From positions 115,862 through 179,861 of the forward strand of contig JAFZXZ010000032.1 in NCBI GenBank assembly GCA_017616555.1: DNA of 64,000 nt. The letters are read 5' to 3'. Position numbers and translations under genes: made by a program. The notes under the pieces were generated by a model that saw nothing but the letters and a program-made list of their open reading frames with translations, ran no database searches and had not been told where the DNA came from. This DNA comes from a bacterium. Lineage in GTDB: Bacteria > Auribacterota > UBA3054. Below are positions 27,867 through 36,607 of the stretch, in pieces (position 1 is the first letter of the stretch; every line of letters begins with the position of its first letter).

Positions 27867-27928
27867 GAATAACCAACACATTTTTATAACTTAATCTGCC
27901 CATTGGGCAAAAACCTCTATATCCATAG

Positions 27929-28957
<1,029 letters not shown>

Positions 28958-28983
28958 GCGAATAAAAGCGATCCTAGTCATAG

Positions 28984-29016
28984 GGGCGGGAGGCGTCAGC
29001 CGCCCGCCCCTTTTTT
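28984..29016 (+). terminator. rho-independent terminator after gap
   Basis: A GC-rich hairpin ggggcggg...cccgcccc is followed by tttttt. Confidence 0.65.
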
Positions 29017-29040
29017 CATAAAACTTAAAAGGAATTTTTT

Positions 29041-30333
29041 ATGAACAAGAAAACTTTAAGAGACGTTGATCTCAAAGGCAAAAGAGTCGTCATGCGCGTG
29101 GACTTCAACGTCCCGATGGCCAAGGACGGCTCCGGCAAAATAACGGATGACACCCGTATCGTGGCCGCTCTCCCCAGCATCAAGTACGTGCTTGAACAGG
29201 GCGGATCTTTGGTACTCATGAGCCATCTCGGCCGTCCCAAAGGCAAAGGCTATGAACCGGAATTCACCCTGAAGCCCGTGGCCGAAGCGCTGAGCGCCAA
29301 GCTGGGCCTTGAAGTGAAATTCGTTCCCGACTGCATGGCCGCTGACGACGTTGTCAAAGCCCTGAAGCCCGGCGAAGTCGCTTTGCTTGAAAACACCCGC
29401 TTCTACAAAGCCGAAGACGGCAAAGTCAAAAAAGACGACGAGAAGAAGGGCATCCATCTGACGGAAGAGGAATACCAGCAGAAGAAAGCCGAACTGAAGA
29501 CCAAGCGGGCTGAAATGGCCAAGAAGCTTGCTTCTTACGGCGACCTTTACTGCAACGACGCTTTCGGCACGGCCCACCGCGCCCACGCCAGTACGGCCGT
29601 CATCGCCGATTATCTTAAACCCGCCGTTTCCGGCTTCCTGCTTGAAAAAGAGATCCAGTTCCTGGGCGACGCCGTCGAGAATCCCGTGCGTCCCTTCGTC
29701 GCTATTTTGGGCGGCGCCAAGGTCAGTGACAAACTGGCGGTCGTTAAAGCCCTTCTCGCCAAAGTTGACACCCTCATCATCGGCGGCGGCATGGCCTACA
29801 CTTTCAAGAAAGCCCAGGGCATGAAGATCGGCAACTCTCTCTGCGAAGACGAACAGGTCGCCTACTGCAAGGATATGCTTGACGAAGCCGAGAAGAAAGG
29901 CGTCAAGATCCTTCTGCCTGTCGACAACCTCATCGCCGACAAATTCCCCGAGACCAAAGACGCTTCCGACATCCAGATCAAGGAATGCGAAGGCGATATT
30001 CCTGACGGCTGGATGGGCCTCGATATCGGCCCCAAGAGCGTCGCTCTCTTCAGCGAAGCTCTGAAAGGCGCCAAGACCGTGGTCTGGAACGGCCCGATGG
30101 GCTGCTTTGAGTTCGCCCCCTTGTCCAAGGGCACATACGGCGTCTGCGACGCTGTGGCGACCGTCAAGGCTAACGGCGGCGTTTCCATTATCGGCGGCGG
30201 CGACTCTGTCAGCGCTGTCAAGAAGAGCGGCAAGGCTGCCGAGATGAGCCACGTCTCCACCGGCGGCGGCGCTTCCCTTGAATTCCTGGAAGGCAAAGTC
30301 CTCCCCGGCGTGGCCTGCCTCGACGAAAAGTAA
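29041..30333 (+). CDS. pgk: phosphoglycerate kinase with ~30-aa charged insertion
   Basis: The PGK signature is present (RVDFNVP, GGGASLEFLEGKVLPG). It is 430 aa versus the typical ~395. The insertion is KVKKDDEKKGIHLTEEEYQQKKAELKTKRAEM. Confidence 0.9.
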   Translation: MNKKTLRDVDLKGKRVVMRVDFNVPMAKDGSGKITDDTRIVAALPSIKYVLEQGGSLVLMSHLGRPKGKGYEPEFTLKPVAEALSAKLGLEVKFVPDCMAADDVVKALKPGEVALLENTRFYKAEDGKVKKDDEKKGIHLTEEEYQQKKAELKTKRAEMAKKLASYGDLYCNDAFGTAHRAHASTAVIADYLKPAVSGFLLEKEIQFLGDAVENPVRPFVAILGGAKVSDKLAVVKALLAKVDTLIIGGGMAYTFKKAQGMKIGNSLCEDEQVAYCKDMLDEAEKKGVKILLPVDNLIADKFPETKDASDIQIKECEGDIPDGWMGLDIGPKSVALFSEALKGAKTVVWNGPMGCFEFAPLSKGTYGVCDAVATVKANGGVSIIGGGDSVSAVKKSGKAAEMSHVSTGGGASLEFLEGKVLPGVACLDEK

Positions 30334-30336
30334 GCA

Positions 30337-31143
30337 ATGCCAAAAAAAGCGCTCAGCATAGCCGGCTCCGACAGCGGGGGCGGCGCGGGGATCCAGGCGG
30401 ACCTCAAAACTTTCACAAGCCTGAAAGTTTTCGGCACCACCGCGATCACCGCCGTCACCGTTCAGAACACTTTGGGAGTCAGTGGCTATGAGCTTATGCC
30501 GCCAAAACTCGTTTCCGACCAAATAGAAGCGGTCTTGGAAGACATAGGCACAGACGCCGTGAAATCCGGCATGCTGGGCAGCGCAGCTATAATTGCGGCG
30601 GTGGCGCGGACTCTGCGTCACCGCCGCCTTACTTATGTACTCGACCCCGTGATGATCGCCAAGGGCGGCGCAAAACTCCTAGCCCCCGACGCGATCCAAA
30701 ATCTCAAGGATCAACTCATTCCGCTCGCGACCGTAGTCACACCCAATATTCCGGAAGCTGAGGAGATCAGCGGAGTCAAGATCGACTCCGAAGAAAAGAG
30801 AATTTTAGCCGCCCAGAAGATCCTTTCTCTAGGCCCCAAGGCCGTCATTATAAAAGGCGGCCACGGCAAATCTGAGCAGGGGAGTCACGCCTTCGACGAT
30901 CTCGTTCTCATCAACGAGCCAGACTCAGTAAAACAATTCTATCTCCCCACCGAGCGTATCGACACGCGCTGCGATCACGGCACCGGCTGCACCTTCTCGG
31001 CAGCCCTGACAGCTTATCTAGCTAAAGGCGAAGACATCTATTCCGCCGCCCAAAACGCCAAAGCCTACTTGACCGCCGCCCTAAAAGCCGCCGAACCCAA
31101 CGGAAGCGGCCACTGCTCGGTCGATCATACTTTCGCGCTTTAA
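30337..31143 (+). CDS. thiD: hydroxymethylpyrimidine / phosphomethylpyrimidine kinase
   Basis: ALSIAGSDSGGGAGIQADLKT and the ribokinase-like C-terminus (DTRCDHGTGCTFSAAL) match ThiD. Confidence 0.8.
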   Translation: MPKKALSIAGSDSGGGAGIQADLKTFTSLKVFGTTAITAVTVQNTLGVSGYELMPPKLVSDQIEAVLEDIGTDAVKSGMLGSAAIIAAVARTLRHRRLTYVLDPVMIAKGGAKLLAPDAIQNLKDQLIPLATVVTPNIPEAEEISGVKIDSEEKRILAAQKILSLGPKAVIIKGGHGKSEQGSHAFDDLVLINEPDSVKQFYLPTERIDTRCDHGTGCTFSAALTAYLAKGEDIYSAAQNAKAYLTAALKAAEPNGSGHCSVDHTFAL

Positions 31144-31147
31144 TAAC

Positions 31148-31244
31148 GCAAAAAAATCACATACCCTTCGTTCACGGACTACGCGCTCAATTTTAAATGA
31201 GCTCCTCCTCCGTGAGTTCACTACAGGGTATGTGATTTTTTTGC
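31148..31244. terminator. long inverted repeat / bidirectional terminator-like element
   Basis: A perfect 20-bp inverted repeat (gcaaaaaaatcacataccct / agggtatgtgatttttttgc) encloses 57 nt. The enclosed region contains a nested 7-bp stem (tcacgga/tccgtga). Confidence 0.5.
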
Positions 31245-31249
31245 TACCG

Positions 31250-31729
31250 TTAGCGAGCGTTTGCTTTGCGGCCGACCTCGAAGGCGATCGTGTTCGATTC
31301 CCGGAGTTTTTCGGGGAAGTTGTTTTCCAAAGCTTTCTGCCAGTTCTCTTCCGGAATTTCCGGAAGCATTTTGGAAAGATAGCCCAGCAGCGCTACGTTC
31401 AGTCCTTTCGGATTCGGAAGCGATTCTATTTTTATTACCTCCGGCTCGATGACAACGGTCTTTTCGTTGCAGCATAGCGCGTTCGGGTCTTTTTGCGAAG
31501 CATCCAGAAGGACGAGGAAATCAGCCGTGCCTGCGGGGATCATTGGGCTTTTGATACCTTCTCCGAAACGCACGTCGGAACTCACTGAACCGCCGCGCTG
31601 GCTCATGCCGTGCACTTCCGCTTTCTTAACGTCGAAGCCTGTCAAGAAAGCGGCTTCCGCGGTGATGTCGGATGCTCTCAAAACGCCCTGGCCGCCGAGG
31701 CCCGCAAAAACTATATTGATATTCTTCAT
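31250..31729 (-). CDS. iorB: indolepyruvate:ferredoxin oxidoreductase, beta subunit
   Basis: IVFAGLGGQGVLRASDI is typical of the pyruvate/ketoisovalerate oxidoreductase gamma-like family. It lies downstream of iorA. Confidence 0.7.
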   Translation of the reverse strand: MKNINIVFAGLGGQGVLRASDITAEAAFLTGFDVKKAEVHGMSQRGGSVSSDVRFGEGIKSPMIPAGTADFLVLLDASQKDPNALCCNEKTVVIEPEVIKIESLPNPKGLNVALLGYLSKMLPEIPEENWQKALENNFPEKLRESNTIAFEVGRKANAR

Positions 31730-31739
31730 TGTTTTCTCC

Positions 31740-33338
31740 TTAATTTTTCTTTTCCTCAGCCTGAGCTTTTTCCCTGTCTTTAAGATGTTTCAAGGCTAAG
31801 AGGCAGGAGCGTTTCATGATTATCATACAGACGTCTTCTTTATCCAGCTGTTCCTGGATGAAGTCTTTCAGCGTATCCTTCATGGCAAGTGGATCGACTT
31901 CCTCGACTCTCACGCCGATGGCTCTGGCGACGGCGGCGGGATCGACTCTCACGGTCTCTGTATGGTCGAGCCTGCGGCCTGTGCCCGGATGTTCCTGCAG
32001 ACCGGTCATGGCGGTGGTGGAGTTGTCAAGCAATATCACGACGTGGCCGTGGGGCGGTCTGTTATAGACCATGTCCACGAGTCCCGTAAGTCCGCTGTGC
32101 ATGAAGGTAGAGTCGCCGATGACGGAGACGATCCTCTTTGCCTGCTCGGCGGGCAAGACTTCGCGCATGCCGAGAGCCGCGCTGATGGAGGCGCCCATAC
32201 AGACGCAGGTGTCCATGGCTTCATAGGGAGGCAGGACGCCAAGGGTATAGCAGCCGATGTCGCCGCAGACCGTGCAGCCCAGGTCATGCAAAGCCTGGAA
32301 GGTAAGCCTGTGCGGACAGCCCGGGCAGAGCTGAGGGGGTTTTCCGGGAGCGGGCGCGGGATCGGGAGTAACGTCGTCAGCGGCGAGTTTTTTAACTCTG
32401 GCCACGTTCAGTTCGCCAAAGCGGAAGGCTTCCTTTTTGCCACGGACATTCATGCCGTTGGCCAGTAAGGTTTCCACTACGATGGGGTCGCCTTCTTCCA
32501 CGACGAGATTGTCTTCATGGGAATTCACGAATTCTTTGATCTTGGCCAGGGGCAGGGGATACGTCATGCCGGGCTGCATGATCCTCGCTTCGGGCAAAGC
32601 TTCCGCAGCGTGCATGGCGGAGATGCCGGTGGCGATGACGCCGGATTTGGCGCCTTCAGGACCAAGGAAGGTGCAGGGGCCGTTCTCACAGTTCCATTCC
32701 TCCAGGTCTTTCAATCTTTTTCTTAATCTCACATGCGCCAGTCTCGCGAAGGCCGGGACCATGACGTGGCTCTTGGCATCCTTAGTATAGGAGGGCGTCT
32801 CGGGCTCGCTGAAAGTTCCGATCGAAACGATGGTCTTACTGTGGCAGACCCTGGTGGTCAGGCGCAGGATTACCGGCGTTCCGAAACGCTTGGACAATTC
32901 CGTCGCCAGGATGAAGTAATCGTAGCACTGCTGGGAATCGGCGGGTTCCAGCATCGGGAGTCCAGCGGCCACGGCGTAGCGGCGGGAATCCTGCTCGTTC
33001 TGGCTGGAAGCCATGCCGGGGTCGTCCGCGGCGCAGATGACAAGCGAGCCCTTGACTCCGGTGTAGGCGGCGGTGAAGAAGGGGTCCGCGGCCACGTTCA
33101 TGCCCACGTGCTTCATGGTGACCACGGCCTTGCCGCCCGCCAGCGCCGCGCCGATGGCGACTTCCGCCGCCACTTTCTCATTGGGCGCCCACTGGGCGTA
33201 GCCGCCCAGGGCGGAGAAAGTCTCCAAAATTTCCGTGGAGGGAGTTCCCGGATAACCTATCCCGAGGTTCACTCCGGCCACTCTGGCGGCGTGGGCGATA
33301 GCCTCGTCGCCGTTCAAAAGCTTCTTCATTGGATCCAT
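31740..33338 (-). CDS. iorA: indolepyruvate:ferredoxin oxidoreductase, alpha subunit
   Basis: The TPP-binding region and the C-terminal ferredoxin Cys motifs (CPGCPH, CVCMG) are present. Length is 532 aa. Confidence 0.8.
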   Translation of the reverse strand: MDPMKKLLNGDEAIAHAARVAGVNLGIGYPGTPSTEILETFSALGGYAQWAPNEKVAAEVAIGAALAGGKAVVTMKHVGMNVAADPFFTAAYTGVKGSLVICAADDPGMASSQNEQDSRRYAVAAGLPMLEPADSQQCYDYFILATELSKRFGTPVILRLTTRVCHSKTIVSIGTFSEPETPSYTKDAKSHVMVPAFARLAHVRLRKRLKDLEEWNCENGPCTFLGPEGAKSGVIATGISAMHAAEALPEARIMQPGMTYPLPLAKIKEFVNSHEDNLVVEEGDPIVVETLLANGMNVRGKKEAFRFGELNVARVKKLAADDVTPDPAPAPGKPPQLCPGCPHRLTFQALHDLGCTVCGDIGCYTLGVLPPYEAMDTCVCMGASISAALGMREVLPAEQAKRIVSVIGDSTFMHSGLTGLVDMVYNRPPHGHVVILLDNSTTAMTGLQEHPGTGRRLDHTETVRVDPAAVARAIGVRVEEVDPLAMKDTLKDFIQEQLDKEDVCMIIMKRSCLLALKHLKDREKAQAEEKKN

Positions 33339-33463
33339 ATGAATTCCTATTATTTTTAGACTGTTTATAAATCTAAACTATACCACAGCGAGGAAGAAAA
33401 AGCAACTTGACATTGGCCTCCGGAAGCGTTTGGAAGGGATTTGCGAAACATGTTTGCCTCTTT

Positions 33464-33502
33464 TTTGCTAAAATATATTAAAGTATGTACAGAGAGGTTT
33501 TT
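33464..33502 (+). promoter_or_regulatory. extended -10 promoter plus RBS leader of FGE-domain gene 1
   Basis: ttTGcTAAAATata is an extended -10 element. agagaggtttttATG is the RBS and start. It is near-identical to 36568..36607. Confidence 0.4.
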
Positions 33503-36500
33503 ATGAAACGCTTTTTTTCTTTCGCCGCCATCATTTTCACGGCCAGCTCGCTTTTTGCCGGATCTATTTGTACCCAGAAAGTAGTGACAGCGCAGGGTTT
33601 TGTGAAAGGCTCCACAACGGTCAGTTTGAGCGGGCAGATGACGGAATCCGCCATGGACGGTATTGCCGGAGGCGAAACCATAGCCGTCTATAACTCTCTC
33701 GACAGTTATTTGGTTTTTCCAACGCTGCTTCAAAAGACCAAGACAGGTTACGGAAAAAAGTTCAACACAAAGAACGTTTCCGTAAACGCGAAGAACGGAA
33801 AATTCCAGTGGACGGAAAAGGACGTCACAAAATATCTTTGCTTCGCTGTTGGAAGAGAAAGAATAAAGCCTGACAAAGCCACTTTAAAATCCAGCGGCAC
33901 GGTGGACACCGCGGATCTTGCAAAACTTGACGACAAAAAGCTAACCGTTTACGATTATTCCTGCGCGGAAAAAGGGCTGGGGCATCTCGCTTCGCTATCT
34001 TGTCCCCTTGAGAAGAAAGGCAAAAATTACAAGTATTCAAAAAAAGATCAGGATCTGCAGGTGAAGTTGTCCGCCAACTCCAACGGCAAGGTAAGCGCTT
34101 CTTATAAACTTCAGCCTAACGTCGCTTCTCCGGCTTTTATAGACAACGAGTATGTGTTTACGAACAAATACGATTATTCTTTGGTAATTGTCGGCGAAGG
34201 CGAAGTGTATTCCGATTTCTACGGACCTGATCAAGTCGAATTCGACGTAACCAAAAACAGTGACAAGTTTCGCTTTTTTTACTGCAAAGGGGTAAATGTC
34301 ACGAACAACCTCATGACTTTGGAGCTGAATGAAGACACTGAGGTCACGGCGGTTTTCGGAAACTATGATTTTAGGCTAAACGTAATTGGCGGCGGTTCTG
34401 CCAAATTTGAATTCACCGGGCCGGACGAGGTGGCGATTGGAGCGCTGAAAGACAGTGCGCCTTTCCGTCACTTCTTGGTGAACGGGAGAATATATACCAG
34501 CAGTAACATTCATCTTATGCTGACAAAGGATACGGTCGTGGAAGCGGTCTTCGGGACTTATGATTTCACGACGAGGGTCATTGGAGGCGGCTACATAAAT
34601 TATGAATTCACCGAACCGGATCTCGTGAAGATCAAAGCGCTGGATGGAAACAAGTTCTTCCGTTATTTCTTGGTGAACGGTCAGAAACGCACGGAAAAGT
34701 CGCTGCAGCTTTCGCTGCAGGAAAACACCGTGGTCGAGGCGGTCTTTGGAAATTACGACCTCTCGTTCGAAATTGAAGGAAACGGTTCGGTGGATTATGA
34801 ATTCACAGGACCGGACAATGTGGAAGTGAGAGTTCTGGATGGCGACGCGCCGTTCCGTAACTTTACGGTCAACGGAGAATATTGCGCGGATGAGACCATG
34901 TCTCTTGTCTTGTGGGAAGACACGGTGGTTAAAGCTGTTTTTGGAACTTACGCCTTCAGAACGGAAGTTTTAGGCAACGGATCGGAAGAGCATGAATTTT
35001 TGGGACCGGATCTAGTGGAAGTCCGCGTTCCCCAAAACAGCGCCTTCTGGCGCTACTTTACGGTGAACGGCGAAACACGCAAGAACACGACGACGCTGCT
35101 TCTTTATTTGAAAGAAGACACCGTGGTCGAGGCGGTCTTCGGAATATACGCCTTATATTTGGGTGTCGTCGGCCCCGGGCAGGTGAGCCGCGAGTTCACA
35201 GGGCAGGATGAAGTTGAGATAAAAGTGACCGAGGGCAGCGATCTTTTCCGCTTCTTTAATGTGAACAGGATAATTTGCAGCGATAGTTCGATCCAGCTCT
35301 CTTTGGAGCATGACACGGTTGTCAATGCGGTTTTCGGCAGATACCGTCTCTCGGTGGAGATCGTTGGCGACGGCTCTCTGGATTACGAGTTTAAAGGGCA
35401 GGACGATGTGGAAATAAAAATCCCCGAGGATGCGGAGCACTTCCGTTATTTAACGGTCAACGGAAACAAAAGCTTTGAAAAGAATTTGCTTGTCAAAATG
35501 ACAGGGGACACCGCGGTCAAAGCGTTCTTTGGGAAATATGACTGTGAAACTGTCGTTGTTGGAAGCGGGATCTTAAAAAGCGAGTTCACGGGAGCCGACG
35601 AGATAACTCTCCGCGCGATCAACGAAGAAGATATATTCAGCCATTTTGAATGGAATGGCTGCGTCACAAATCTGTCGCCTGTTTCCATCCAGCTTGTTTC
35701 CGACACCGTCATCACCGCGGTGTTTTCGGCGGCCAATTATATGGTAGTTGATCTAAGCCGCGGAACTTCGGCCAAAACATGGTCGTCCAGGATCACGACT
35801 GACAAACCGGATGTCACGAGCGACACATGCAGAGGCGAAGAACTTTGGTTAAGGTATGTGCCGCCCGGCGTCTACATGATGGGATCGCCCCAAAACGAAG
35901 CGGGCCGCGGAAATAGGGAAGATCAGCATGAGGTAACTATAACCAAAGGTTTTTACATAGGTATTTTTGAAGTGACTCAAAAGCAATTCAAATACATCAC
36001 GGATACGAGTTATCACTCAGACAAGGAAGCAACCTATCCAGTCCGCAGTGTTAACTATAATCAGTTGAAAAGCGATGCCAGCATTACTTCGAAATCCGTC
36101 ATTAAAGTCATGAGAGACAAAACAAGGCTTCAGTTTGACCTTCCAACTGAAGCACAATGGGAGTATGCCTGCCGCGCTGGCACGACCACGGCCTACAACA
36201 GCGGAAACAACATGGGTGACAAAGGCTTCGACCTAACGGAGATCTGCATAGATATTTATGTCGGGTCGCCCCAGAAAGTCGGAATTAAAAAGCCTAACAA
36301 ATGGGGCCTTTACGATATGCACGGCAACGTTTGGGAATGGTGCCTTGACTGGTATACCGACAATTTGGGTTTCGATTCTGTCGTCGACCCAACTGGCCCT
36401 GAAACGGGCGAAAAGAAAGTTTTGCGCGGCGGTTGTTATCGGAGCTGGGAGAATGAGTGCCGCTCCGCTTACAGATCCTATCTCGAGCCAGACCATTATG

Positions 36501-36556
36501 TTTCTCCTAATGAGGATCACCGTTTCGGCTTCCGATTCGTAATCAACGAAAAGTAG
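33503..36556 (+). CDS. giant secreted protein: N-terminal domain, 8 InlB-B-like repeats, C-terminal FGE-sulfatase (SUMF1-like) domain
   Basis: It has a signal peptide (MKRFFSFAAIIFTASSLFA). There are 8 repeats of ~66 aa (YDF..VIGGG...EFTGPD.VE......FR.F.VNG......L.L.EDTVVEAVFG). The C-terminus carries FGE-family motifs (WGLYDMHGNVWEWCLDWY, RGGCYRSWENECRSAYR, HRFGFRFV). Confidence 0.7.
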   Translation: MKRFFSFAAIIFTASSLFAGSICTQKVVTAQGFVKGSTTVSLSGQMTESAMDGIAGGETIAVYNSLDSYLVFPTLLQKTKTGYGKKFNTKNVSVNAKNGKFQWTEKDVTKYLCFAVGRERIKPDKATLKSSGTVDTADLAKLDDKKLTVYDYSCAEKGLGHLASLSCPLEKKGKNYKYSKKDQDLQVKLSANSNGKVSASYKLQPNVASPAFIDNEYVFTNKYDYSLVIVGEGEVYSDFYGPDQVEFDVTKNSDKFRFFYCKGVNVTNNLMTLELNEDTEVTAVFGNYDFRLNVIGGGSAKFEFTGPDEVAIGALKDSAPFRHFLVNGRIYTSSNIHLMLTKDTVVEAVFGTYDFTTRVIGGGYINYEFTEPDLVKIKALDGNKFFRYFLVNGQKRTEKSLQLSLQENTVVEAVFGNYDLSFEIEGNGSVDYEFTGPDNVEVRVLDGDAPFRNFTVNGEYCADETMSLVLWEDTVVKAVFGTYAFRTEVLGNGSEEHEFLGPDLVEVRVPQNSAFWRYFTVNGETRKNTTTLLLYLKEDTVVEAVFGIYALYLGVVGPGQVSREFTGQDEVEIKVTEGSDLFRFFNVNRIICSDSSIQLSLEHDTVVNAVFGRYRLSVEIVGDGSLDYEFKGQDDVEIKIPEDAEHFRYLTVNGNKSFEKNLLVKMTGDTAVKAFFGKYDCETVVVGSGILKSEFTGADEITLRAINEEDIFSHFEWNGCVTNLSPVSIQLVSDTVITAVFSAANYMVVDLSRGTSAKTWSSRITTDKPDVTSDTCRGEELWLRYVPPGVYMMGSPQNEAGRGNREDQHEVTITKGFYIGIFEVTQKQFKYITDTSYHSDKEATYPVRSVNYNQLKSDASITSKSVIKVMRDKTRLQFDLPTEAQWEYACRAGTTTAYNSGNNMGDKGFDLTEICIDIYVGSPQKVGIKKPNKWGLYDMHGNVWEWCLDWYTDNLGFDSVVDPTGPETGEKKVLRGGCYRSWENECRSAYRSYLEPDHYVSPNEDHRFGFRFVINEK
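34169..35745 (+). repeat. 8 in-frame tandem coding repeats (~198 nt each)
   Basis: The protein-level periodicity is YD(F/L)...AVFG, repeated 8 times. The repeats are diverged at the nucleotide level. Confidence 0.6.
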
Positions 36557-36567
36557 GTGATCAAATT

Positions 36568-36607
36568 TTTGCTAAAATATACGCATAATCCGAATAGAGA
36601 GGTTCTT
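36568..36607 (+). promoter_or_regulatory. extended -10 promoter plus RBS leader of FGE-domain gene 2
   Basis: tttgctaaaatata...atagagaggttcttATG is conserved with the paralog leader. Confidence 0.4.

Noticed and set aside
29056-30621. 521-aa minus-strand ORF
   Set aside because: It is antisense to pgk and thiD. Both have diagnostic motifs on +.
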